Below, one piece after another: positions 9,180 through 16,961 of a DNA stretch of 24,983 nt. Position numbers and translations under genes: made by a program. Each line of letters begins with the position of its first letter. Positions within the stretch are counted from its first letter, which is position 1. Origin of the DNA: a virus (taxonomy: Duplodnaviria > Caudoviricetes); the IMG/VR virus record IMGVR_UViG_3300049021_000016, positions 1-24,983 of that record; one strand, 5' to 3'. The notes under the pieces were generated by a model. The model had not been told where the DNA came from. It did no database searches and saw nothing but the letters and a program-made list of their open reading frames with translations.

Positions 9180-9729
9180 TGGCGACCCTCAGGTACACCT
9201 GACGCTTTGTCTTCAGGCCAACCGCGGCACGCGCGCAGTTCTCCTCGCGCGCAACCTCGATTTCCCAGTAGCTGATGACGCCGAGGATGTCCGCCTTCTG
9301 CGCGAACTCCATCTGCCGGTCGCCGATGCGATAGCTGCGCGTGGTCGGCGTCCATGCGGCCAGAGCCGCCTTTGCCTGATCCAGCGCGATGCGCGCTTGG
9401 CTGCGCGTATCCAGCGATGTCGCGGTGCGCGGGTCAGGCAGCAGCGTGACGACGCCGCTCGCAAGGTCGTACTTCTCGCTTCCGAGTTGGACCCACGAGG
9501 CCCAGCTATAGACGCCAGAAGTCCAGCCAGCGGTCGTCGATGCGGCTACCTGGATGCGATGCAGGGTCGCGTCGTCCGCGTCCTGCGTGCCAGTCAGCGT
9601 GATGGACGAAGGCCCCGCTGAACGCGGAACGAGCACGTACTTCAACACCCACCCGTCGGCCGGAAGGTAATCCGGCACCAGGGTGGTGAAGTTCAGCGTT
9701 CCGCCGAGGACGAGGCTTTCGAGGTCCAT
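9172..9729 (-). CDS. Head-tail joining protein, gpW-like C-terminus with N-terminal extension, 185 aa
   Basis: ALDQAKAALAAW...SYRIGDRQMEF motif immediately upstream of the portal gene, overlapping it by 8 nt. Confidence 0.75.
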   Translation of the reverse strand: MDLESLVLGGTLNFTTLVPDYLPADGWVLKYVLVPRSAGPSSITLTGTQDADDATLHRIQVAASTTAGWTSGVYSWASWVQLGSEKYDLASGVVTLLPDPRTATSLDTRSQARIALDQAKAALAAWTPTTRSYRIGDRQMEFAQKADILGVISYWEIEVAREENCARAAVGLKTKRQVYLRVANG

Positions 9730-9737
9730 CGCGCCGC

Positions 9738-9782
9738 ATCGTCGCGATGCAGCGCTGACAAATTAAGGGTGGAACCTGTCAG
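9738..9782 (-). promoter_or_regulatory. Putative activator-dependent late promoter for the head/tail operon
   Basis: Minus strand CTGACAGGTTCCACCC-TTAATT (9766-9761), 17-nt spacer, GACGAT (9743-9738), 8 nt, then the ATG at 9729. Same geometry as the copy at 19890-19934. Confidence 0.6.
9752..9782. repeat. 31-bp exact direct repeat, copy 1 (GCGCTGACAAATTAAGGGTGGAACCTGTCAG)
   Basis: Identical to 19904-19934, and the flanking bases differ on both sides. Internal dyad CTGACA-N16-TGTCAG. Confidence 0.97.
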
Positions 9783-9786
9783 TCAA

Positions 9787-10047
9787 TTAGATGCGAGAGC
9801 GGCCAATGCGAACGGTCGGCGTGCGCAGCGTGTTGCGCCCGATTCGGCGCCGCGAGTTCGTCGTAAACACGCTCGTCTCAGCCTCCGCCGACTCCACGCC
9901 AGCGGCGATGGCAAACGTGCTCATGCCGTTGATGCCGAAGGCGCAGGATTCGCCGACAAGGGCCGTGCTACCCACACCGGCCGCGGCAGCGATTTCCCCG
10001 CCGGCAATGGCCGCGGTAGCAATGGCGATGGTCGCTAGTGCAGTCAT
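9787..10047 (-). CDS. Small Ala/Gly-rich hypothetical protein with Arg-rich C-terminus, 86 aa
   Basis: MTALATIAIATAAIAGGE...NSRRRIGRNTLRTPTVRIGRSRI. GGA upstream of ATG 10047, and the stop lies 4 nt from the repeat. Confidence 0.5.
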   Translation of the reverse strand: MTALATIAIATAAIAGGEIAAAAGVGSTALVGESCAFGINGMSTFAIAAGVESAEAETSVFTTNSRRRIGRNTLRTPTVRIGRSRI

Positions 10048-10063
10048 GGTCAGTCCATCCGTC

Positions 10064-10080
10064 CAGGCACGCAAAATGCC
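10064..10080 (+). promoter_or_regulatory. Putative sigma-54 (-24/-12) promoter of the PEP-CTERM gene
   Basis: CAGGCACGCAAAATGCC has GG (10066-67), N10, GC (10078-79) versus the consensus YTGGCACG-N4-TTGC. It lies ~40 nt upstream of ATG 10119. Confidence 0.6.
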
Positions 10081-10118
10081 CCGCGTCTCTCACAACGATG
10101 CAACGCGAGGAGAGTCCC

Positions 10119-10802
10119 ATGGGCATACGTGCTATCTGTGCCGCTGCGCTTTTTTGCGCGCTTCCAGTTTTTGCGGCAAATCCTCCCGCTACCGCTTCCG
10201 TCGGCCCGGTTCGACTCACCATCGTCGATACGGATCAGACCGACGGGATCACGGCCGGAGTCACCCTCACCGGACAGGGCGGGTTCCACGGCAACCTGTC
10301 GTGGGTGGCCGATTCGAACGGCGGCGGGTTCTGGTCCTCTGAACAGGTCGGCTTCTTCGGCCCCGGCACCTCGGGGGAGTGGCTCAGTTTCTTCACCTGG
10401 GGCGAATCGCTGTCGGCGACCACGCACAGAACGTCGAACGGAACGCCGTACTCTCAGTCTTCGATTCAGGATTCGTGGCTTGCCGTTGTCGCCCCGCACA
10501 CCCGCGTAACCTTCGAGTTCGACGCCACTGCGGTCGGCGGCGTCGCCGAGATAAGCGCCTGGCTCACCGTTGGAGCCGAGACCTTCTCCAACCTGGTCAC
10601 CGGCTCGGGACTGCTGGCGTTTGACTTCGAGACCGGCTCCGATGAGGTGACGGGCATTCTCACTCGCAAGGCGCAATCTCTGGTGGATATCCGAGCCGTT
10701 GGGAGCGCCCCCGAGCCAGGAACCTACGCCCTCCTGATCGCCGGCCTGCTGCTTCTGGCACACCGCGCTCGTCGCCGCAATCTCCGCCTTGAAGGCGAGT
10801 AG
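10119..10802 (+). CDS. PEP-CTERM (exosortase-sorted) surface protein, 227 aa
   Basis: RBS GAGGAG, signal peptide MGIRAICAAALFCALPVFA, and C-terminal APEPGTYALLIAGLLLLAHRARRR (PEP motif, transmembrane helix, basic cluster). The N-terminal ASVGPVRLTIVDTDQTDGITAGVT resembles betaproteobacterial PEP-CTERM proteins. Confidence 0.9.
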   Translation: MGIRAICAAALFCALPVFAANPPATASVGPVRLTIVDTDQTDGITAGVTLTGQGGFHGNLSWVADSNGGGFWSSEQVGFFGPGTSGEWLSFFTWGESLSATTHRTSNGTPYSQSSIQDSWLAVVAPHTRVTFEFDATAVGGVAEISAWLTVGAETFSNLVTGSGLLAFDFETGSDEVTGILTRKAQSLVDIRAVGSAPEPGTYALLIAGLLLLAHRARRRNLRLEGE

Positions 10803-10809
10803 CGCGCTG

Positions 10810-10834
10810 TCGCGGCGATGGTCGACCGCCGCGA
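10810..10834. terminator. GC hairpin between the convergent PEP-CTERM and DUF1996 genes
   Basis: TCGCGGCG, 9-nt loop, CGCCGCGA. There is no U-tract on either strand, so a terminator role is uncertain. Confidence 0.3.
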
Positions 10835-10872
10835 GGAACGGGACCAGCGCGGCGAGCAGCACGAGCGCTAGC

Positions 10873-12009
10873 TCAATACAGCGTCTCATTGGGGGTAAGC
10901 CCGAGAAGGTGGGCGTGGCAGTTCAGCGAGGCATGCAGACAGCCCTGCACCATCTGCGTCAGCACGGAGGAGTTCCAGCCGTTCCACCAGTCGCCGTGGG
11001 CGCTCAGGCCACCTGCAGCGTAGCCGAGCGCGTAGGTATCGGAGGCTAGGCGCCAGTTCTCGGGTCTGGCGCTGGCGCTGACCTTGTAGCGGATGTTGTA
11101 GCTAATCTGCGGGATCATCACCGGGTGCGTACCGGGGCAGCCCGTCGATGGGTTCTCGTAGGCCATGTGACTCTGGTGATTCACCGAATCGAGGTTCACG
11201 CCATCCCAGCACTGCGGGAAGAACACGATCAGCTGCACGTCTGATCCGTTGGCGCAGCCGGCGCCCGGGATCGTGGCCGAGAAGTTCTGTCCGAGCGGGC
11301 ATTCCCAGCGGTAGGTGTTGCCCAGCGTCGTCGATGTGTTCGCCGGGTTGCCTGCAATGATGCGCAAGTCGGCAGGCGGCACCGTCACCGCAGTCAGGTT
11401 GGCCTTGCGGTAAGCTGACTCATTCTTGTAGTAGACGATGTTTGCGTAGGGGATGACCGGGAAGCCCGTCGTCGTGTCGACGACCGCCGGCACCCAGTAC
11501 GCACTGCGGTTCGCGATACCACCAACGCAACTACTGCGCCCGACCGTCGCAAGTTGCGTGGTCGGCGCAGTCAACTCGGAGATGTCTGAGTTTCCGAAGA
11601 AGTTGTGTAGGTGGCTCTTCTTCGGGTAGCCGACGCCGCCGACCGGTGGATAGACGATTGGATCGAAGAACCCGAGATGACTGGTCGCGCATACGATGCG
11701 GAAGGCGCCGCCGTCTGGCGTCGACTCCGGTTGGATCGCGCCGCTCGTGTTGTCGCGCTTGCGCAGCGTTGAGAAGCCGTAGCTCGGCGCCGGCAACGCA
11801 CCACCGTTCACCTCGAACTGGAGCGAGGGCCACATCTCGAAGACGCCGGCAGCAGCAGCCACCGGATAACTCGGTGCAGCGACGCTGTCCAGTTGCCCCA
11901 TCACTCCACCGCCAAGATCGACGCTCGGAAGATTGACCGAGAAGCCGGCCACAGCACCGGCAACCGATGCAAGGAGAGCGGCGATCGTGAGCTTTCTAAG
12001 TCCGAGCAT
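10873..12009 (-). CDS. Secreted DUF1996-domain protein, 378 aa
   Basis: Start MLGLRKLTIAALLASVAGAVAG (signal peptide, TGATG overlap at 12007-12011). Motifs FRIVC..SH...DPIVYP, HLHNFFGN, NRSAYWVP, FPQCWDGVNLDS.NHQSHMAY, CPGTHPV.IPQI and HGDWWNGW. Confidence 0.88.
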   Translation of the reverse strand: MLGLRKLTIAALLASVAGAVAGFSVNLPSVDLGGGVMGQLDSVAAPSYPVAAAAGVFEMWPSLQFEVNGGALPAPSYGFSTLRKRDNTSGAIQPESTPDGGAFRIVCATSHLGFFDPIVYPPVGGVGYPKKSHLHNFFGNSDISELTAPTTQLATVGRSSCVGGIANRSAYWVPAVVDTTTGFPVIPYANIVYYKNESAYRKANLTAVTVPPADLRIIAGNPANTSTTLGNTYRWECPLGQNFSATIPGAGCANGSDVQLIVFFPQCWDGVNLDSVNHQSHMAYENPSTGCPGTHPVMIPQISYNIRYKVSASARPENWRLASDTYALGYAAGGLSAHGDWWNGWNSSVLTQMVQGCLHASLNCHAHLLGLTPNETLY

Positions 12010-13136
12010 CAGAATCCCCGAGAGACGAAACCTTGGAGCGCGCAGCCGATCGCGGCGACACTCGTGCTTGGGTTGTTGCACCATGGGTGCATGTACACCT
12101 CTGGATCGGACACCAGCGTCCAGGTGTACTGAAGTTCCCAACTGATGCCGCCGTCCTCCGACGTGTCGAAGTGAACCTCACCAGACGGCATGTCTCGGCG
12201 GATGCGCACGCGGCAAAGCGACGACGGGCTCGAGAACGTGTACAGCGACCCAACCGCCGTGCCGTCTTGGAACGGGCGTGCCGTGCCATTGGTGACGCGG
12301 ACCGAGTGGTCCATCTCGTTGAGCGTCTGCCCGGCGGAGGTGTTCATCTTCAGCGCGATGGAGCGGACCGCCGCATCGGTGTCGGCAACCTGCATCTCCA
12401 CCCAGCCGCTTGTCTCCAGCTTGGCCTGATGCGCAGAACTGCCGAACGTCGCCTGCGTTAGCGGGTGGCACTGCGTGGTGCCGCCGCTGCCCGAGTACAC
12501 GAACCCGCCAGCACCGCTTGTCAGTACGGTGAACGTCGTCACCAGCGTTGCAGCCGTTGCCGGCACCGGGAACCCGTTGGCGACCGTCACCGCAGAGAAG
12601 CTGGGGGCGAGGTTGCCGGCGTAGTCCTTCACCCGCAGCGAGTCCGTGGCCGATTGCGTGTAGGCAATCGTTGGCAGATCGCCTGGAACGAAGTTGCTAG
12701 ACACCTTGACCTTGACCGTGTTGTCAGCCGCAGTGGCTGACAGGACCGTCTTGGCCGTGGCTACAGTGCCGGCGACGACGAACTGCGCCGCACCAAGCGC
12801 GTTGGTGGATAGCACCTTGTTGTAGGTGATGAGCACCTCATCCGGCGCTGCGATGAGGATCTGCACACCATGGCGCCGCGGTGCGGTGGTGTCGAGCGCC
12901 AAGCCAACGACGCGCGGGGTCAGCGTGGCGCCATCGTCTGCGGCCTGCACCGTGTATTCGTAGTAGGAGGCGCCGGCCGCGCTCTGTGCGCCAGCAATGT
13001 CCACTCCGTTGCGCTGAATGAAAATCTGGCCGTGATAGCCCACCGGCAGCACGACGCGCAGAACCTGCCCAACGAAATACGGCGTTGGCGCATTCCTGCG
13101 CTGTGCTCTACGGGCTGTAGCGATCACGGACAGCAT
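12009..13136 (-). CDS. Ig-like plus SwmB-repeat protein, putative virion appendage/adhesin, 375 aa
   Basis: Ig-like QRNGVDIAGA...YTVQAADDGATLT. SwmB-type ITYNKVL...FVV...VKVKVS...GDLPTIAYTQ...VKDYAGNLAPSFSAVTVAN. Beta-rich C-terminal domain. Confidence 0.65.
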   Translation of the reverse strand: MLSVIATARRAQRRNAPTPYFVGQVLRVVLPVGYHGQIFIQRNGVDIAGAQSAAGASYYEYTVQAADDGATLTPRVVGLALDTTAPRRHGVQILIAAPDEVLITYNKVLSTNALGAAQFVVAGTVATAKTVLSATAADNTVKVKVSSNFVPGDLPTIAYTQSATDSLRVKDYAGNLAPSFSAVTVANGFPVPATAATLVTTFTVLTSGAGGFVYSGSGGTTQCHPLTQATFGSSAHQAKLETSGWVEMQVADTDAAVRSIALKMNTSAGQTLNEMDHSVRVTNGTARPFQDGTAVGSLYTFSSPSSLCRVRIRRDMPSGEVHFDTSEDGGISWELQYTWTLVSDPEVYMHPWCNNPSTSVAAIGCALQGFVSRGF

Positions 13137-13145
13137 CGTTCATCC

Positions 13146-13793
13146 TCAGCAGGAGAACAGGAAGAACGCCGGAGCGGCGCTGGCTACGTCTACCGTTGCA
13201 TCGCCGAGCTCGGCGTTGTCCAGGTTCATGACGGCCGTGGCGTTGCCACCCAAGAGCAGGCCCGGCTTGCCGGTCGTCAGGTCGGTCTGCCCCGTGTAGG
13301 TGCCGATGAGCGAGCGGTTCTTGTAGAGCCGCAGCGTGGTTCCGATTGCCGACAGCAGCACCTCATCCCCGTTTGTCCACGGGGTGGTCGTCAGCGTCGC
13401 GATGGTCGTTGACGTGCCGTTGACCATCTTGAAAACGACGGTCGTGTGGTTGCTTCCGCTGGGCGCGTCGTCCAGGATGTAGACGCCATAGAAGTCAGCC
13501 GCCGTGTCGGTATCGGCGGAGCATCGGACAACAACGCCAGTGAGGAACGCATCCCCGTTGAACGCCATTCCACCCACCGTCGCCTCGGCATACTGGTCGT
13601 CCGAGAACGTTCCAGCGCCAGCCCATCTGACAACTTGGTAGTGGGCGACGCCACCAGACTTGCCGACGACGACGTTCGATAGGATCTGCGGCGGCGTCGC
13701 ATCCCACGAGAGCTCGCGGATGTGCGTCCAGTTCGACCCGATGTTGCCGTTGGCTCTGTTGAAGTCGTCGGTGGCTATTGAGGTGAATGCCAT
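13146..13793 (-). CDS. ConA/LamG lectin-fold-like phage structural protein, 215 aa
   Basis: TDDFNRANGNIGSNW, DDQYAEAT and GDEVLLSAIGTTLRLYKN..LIGT...LTTGKPGL are typical of phage beta-sandwich proteins. AAGGA RBS. Confidence 0.6.
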   Translation of the reverse strand: MAFTSIATDDFNRANGNIGSNWTHIRELSWDATPPQILSNVVVGKSGGVAHYQVVRWAGAGTFSDDQYAEATVGGMAFNGDAFLTGVVVRCSADTDTAADFYGVYILDDAPSGSNHTTVVFKMVNGTSTTIATLTTTPWTNGDEVLLSAIGTTLRLYKNRSLIGTYTGQTDLTTGKPGLLLGGNATAVMNLDNAELGDATVDVASAAPAFFLFSC

Positions 13794-13802
13794 GGGATTC
13801 CT

Positions 13803-16800
13803 TTACGCGAGCTTGAACAGCGCGACTTGTGTCGTGGAGTCCGACACCCACAAGTGCAGGCCGAGTTCCTCGCTGTAGGCGTGCTGGCTGTACTGCGGCA
13901 CCGGCACGGCCGGACCCTTCACACCATCAGGTAGACCTGAGCCGCCGATCGTTCGCGAGCCCTTGGTGTACTGGCCTCCAGTGCCAAGCGATCGGTCGTT
14001 CGGTGGCGTCAGGGTGTTCACGACATCGCCCGTCCACCCCGGCTTTTGGACGAAGAATCCGTTGTCCTCGTCCCACTCGAACCGCGCCTGACCGTCGTTT
14101 ACGGCAAAGGATCCAGTCGAGCTGATGAACGCTGGCGGAGTCGTCGGATTCAGCGTGTCCCACTCCCACACGTTGCCCAGCGTGTCGTGCCACAGGATCA
14201 GGCGACGCTTAGTGAATGGGAATGCCTTGATGTATGCGCCGCTGGCAGGGCCGGCAGGGAAGCCGAACGTGACAGACGAGTAGGTCTTCGTCCCGGCGTG
14301 CGCGTAATGCACGACATTGCGGCCCCAGAACGAGTCGTGCCCGAAGTAGACGCGGTTCGTGTTCCTGTCATGCACCGCCCAGCCTTCGACTTGGGCGTTA
14401 TCACCAGCGGTGCCAGTGATGAAGCGCGTCCACAGGGCCGTTTCCAGGTCCTGCTTGTGCATGGTCGAGACGCCGAACGACTCATTGCATGTCGCGCCGC
14501 GCGTACACCAGAGCAGAGAACCTTGATTGCCCTCCTGGAGCGCGATGATGGAGCCGTACGTGTGGCCCAGCACCGGCATCTGGCCCGAAGTTGCGTTGGA
14601 CTTTTCGTAGTACGGGCTGCCGTTGGAGTCTGCGATTTCGTTGGCTGTCGGCGCCGAATTCGTGGCCGCGTCCACGCCGTTGGCATTGACCTTCGCGACC
14701 CATGTGGCGGCCGTCGAAACGGCACCATCGAGCGGGAATATCGCGGAGTCGTAGAGGTACTCGTTGTTGTGGCCGCCTGTCGGCCCCATCACGTAGGCGC
14801 CAGCACGGCCGTACCAAGGCACATAAGTTCCGCCGGAGTACGAGCCAAACGTCGAGTTGTCGAACGTCCCATCCGTCATGCCAGACGGCTTCACCGCACG
14901 CATGGTGTTCGTACCGATGAGGATCGACTCGTTGGCCGGCACGGTGTACAGGGACACGCGAGCGTTGCGGGGGGCTACGGCAAAGCTCAGGTACTGTGTA
15001 AGCCCCGTTGCCACGGTGCTCCAGTTCGTCGCGCCAGTGAGGCGTGTCCAGGCTGCGCGGGCGCCCGGCGCTTGGTGATCGACAGCGTAAGCAATCGCCG
15101 GGACTAGGTTCCCCCAATAACTATCTGCGCCACCATTGCTGCTCGCAATATTGCCTTCTATCAGGGTGTTGCTGACTGTCGTATTCAGCCCGCCGAAGGA
15201 CTGGTTGTAAATCTCGCCCCAACTCTGGTACCACGTTGCCCCAGTGTTATCTGTCGCGGCCTTGATCCCGTACTGGGCAGCCCGATAGAACGGGTATTCA
15301 CTGCTGCGGCCGGCGGCGCCCAATCTGCCGACAATGAACCTGTACATCCAATCGCGGACGGTGACGATGGTGGACATATCGGAAAGGAACTTGAGCTCCG
15401 ACAGCCAGCCATTCACTGAAATCCAGAAGTCAACCTGCCATGGAGGAATAGATCCGGTGCCAGTCCAGGCACCGTAATTGTTCACGTCATACAGGTTCCC
15501 GCTCCACGCCTTGCTGGCACCGCTCTCGCTAACTGTCTTGAATGACGTGTAGTTGGAATTCACCCATGTGCCGAAATCAGTGCCTGGCGTATTGGTGCCC
15601 TTCATCGAGTCTGGGCAAACTGATGCGTACAGTCCTGCTGAACGGAGCATCCATGCCACTCCGCGAAGTTGGTCGCCAATAATTCGATCGGTTCCAGTTC
15701 CATTACTGGAGTCTTCCACCAGGAAGCACATGCCAGCAGTTTTCGCGCAGTTTTCCAGGTGAACGCCGTCACCCGTTAGCATGAATGCCGTGTATCCAGT
15801 CTGAGGATGGTGAGCGTGGTCCCAACTGTTGGTTCCGGCGCCGACTGCCGTTACGCCACCGGCCCCAGGCCCGTCCACAGTCCATGTGCCAAAGTGACCA
15901 GTACCGGTAATCTTCGGTGGAGTTTGTTTGGCTGCTTTTGTCCTGAAACACACCGGGAAGGCGTTAATGGATAGAGACCCAACCACCATGGCCGTAAAGG
16001 CACGTGAGTCCCCCGTTGTGAGGTAGCACATATCCCAGTGAGGGATCAGGCCGATTCCGGGCGTGTCCCCCGTGCCGCCCATGTCGGCCTTGATCGGGCC
16101 GTTGTTCATCTGGACGTAGGTCTGATCCAGGTCCGCAAGAGTCGCTTCGGTCGCCGCGCCATGCCCAGCGTTCGGGAACAGCTTGGTCTCGCGCTGATAG
16201 GCAACAGCGTGCAACTTGGTCAGTTGCGGGTCGCCGCCGATCCAGCCTTCGGCGTAGTAGCCGGTGTGGCCGTAGTGCGTGACCGCACTATTGAAGACTG
16301 TGACCCCGCCAATGGTGATCGTTGGCGTGTATGAGCGCGTCGTATTCGTCCACACCGCACCAGCGCCGTCGTCGAGAAAGCCGTTCTCGACCATCACGCC
16401 GACGTGTTTTCGCCCCTCAGCCCAGAGCTTGACGTACCAAGTTACGTGGATGTCAGAGCCGACATCGGCGCGATACCACGCCTCGATCATCTGCGGGCCA
16501 GCAACTAGCACAACATCTGGCGCGCCGGCCGCAAGGCGCGTCGCAAGACTTGCTGATCCGAACGCGGCACAGTCCACCACCGATGTGGGCGCCGCTGCCA
16601 CGATGTCCGCATGAGCCAGCGCCGTGCCGCTCGGTGGCGTCCCGTTGTTGACGTTGACCGTCAGCGTGGTGTTCTGCGTGGCCGACCACTGCCCGGAAAC
16701 GATGACGTGCTTTGCCGAGCCGCCCGGCCATGTCGAGATGATCTTTGCCTGATACGCATTGCCGGGCAGATCGGTGCTGACGGTCGTCGCGTCGCCCTCC

Positions 16801-16961
16801 TTCAGACCAAAGGCGATGGAGAACGGCTGCTGCCCGCTCGTTGCGGCGCTCTTGAGCGTGAACGACGTAAGCCCGGTGCCGCCCCCGCCACCACCACCGC
16901 CGCCGGACGACACTACCCGGCGCTTCTGCCGCATCGGCAAGAGCGAGCCGAGAATCATCAC
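13803..16961 (-). CDS. Large multidomain protein, 1052 aa: possible polysaccharide lyase/depolymerase-like core plus C-terminal beta-propeller
   Basis: Poly-Gly linker, then PFSIAFGLKEGD...QAKIISTWPGGSAKHVIVSG (reminiscent of PcRGLX-type lyase N-termini), an aromatic-rich helical core (WDHAHHPQTGY, QLRGVAWMLRS, PWQVDF) and a propeller-like GGHNNEY...HTYGS region. Function is an inference. Confidence 0.55.
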   Translation of the reverse strand: MMILGSLLPMRQKRRVVSSGGGGGGGGGTGLTSFTLKSAATSGQQPFSIAFGLKEGDATTVSTDLPGNAYQAKIISTWPGGSAKHVIVSGQWSATQNTTLTVNVNNGTPPSGTALAHADIVAAAPTSVVDCAAFGSASLATRLAAGAPDVVLVAGPQMIEAWYRADVGSDIHVTWYVKLWAEGRKHVGVMVENGFLDDGAGAVWTNTTRSYTPTITIGGVTVFNSAVTHYGHTGYYAEGWIGGDPQLTKLHAVAYQRETKLFPNAGHGAATEATLADLDQTYVQMNNGPIKADMGGTGDTPGIGLIPHWDMCYLTTGDSRAFTAMVVGSLSINAFPVCFRTKAAKQTPPKITGTGHFGTWTVDGPGAGGVTAVGAGTNSWDHAHHPQTGYTAFMLTGDGVHLENCAKTAGMCFLVEDSSNGTGTDRIIGDQLRGVAWMLRSAGLYASVCPDSMKGTNTPGTDFGTWVNSNYTSFKTVSESGASKAWSGNLYDVNNYGAWTGTGSIPPWQVDFWISVNGWLSELKFLSDMSTIVTVRDWMYRFIVGRLGAAGRSSEYPFYRAAQYGIKAATDNTGATWYQSWGEIYNQSFGGLNTTVSNTLIEGNIASSNGGADSYWGNLVPAIAYAVDHQAPGARAAWTRLTGATNWSTVATGLTQYLSFAVAPRNARVSLYTVPANESILIGTNTMRAVKPSGMTDGTFDNSTFGSYSGGTYVPWYGRAGAYVMGPTGGHNNEYLYDSAIFPLDGAVSTAATWVAKVNANGVDAATNSAPTANEIADSNGSPYYEKSNATSGQMPVLGHTYGSIIALQEGNQGSLLWCTRGATCNESFGVSTMHKQDLETALWTRFITGTAGDNAQVEGWAVHDRNTNRVYFGHDSFWGRNVVHYAHAGTKTYSSVTFGFPAGPASGAYIKAFPFTKRRLILWHDTLGNVWEWDTLNPTTPPAFISSTGSFAVNDGQARFEWDEDNGFFVQKPGWTGDVVNTLTPPNDRSLGTGGQYTKGSRTIGGSGLPDGVKGPAVPVPQYSQHAYSEELGLHLWVSDSTTQVALFKLA

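Noticed and set aside
448-9621. Many long plus-strand ORFs (e.g. 448..1143, 2461..3306, 3739..4680, 8007..9020)
   Set aside because: They are antisense shadows of clear minus-strand phage genes in high-GC DNA, with no recognisable motifs.
9860-9870. CGTAAA as a PrsR-type enhancer for the PEP-CTERM promoter
   Set aside because: It is a single short imperfect match inside another ORF and cannot be distinguished from chance.
16878-16905. Gly9 tract as a phase-variable simple repeat
   Set aside because: It uses mixed Gly codons in triplet register, so it is a flexible linker and not a frameshifting tract.
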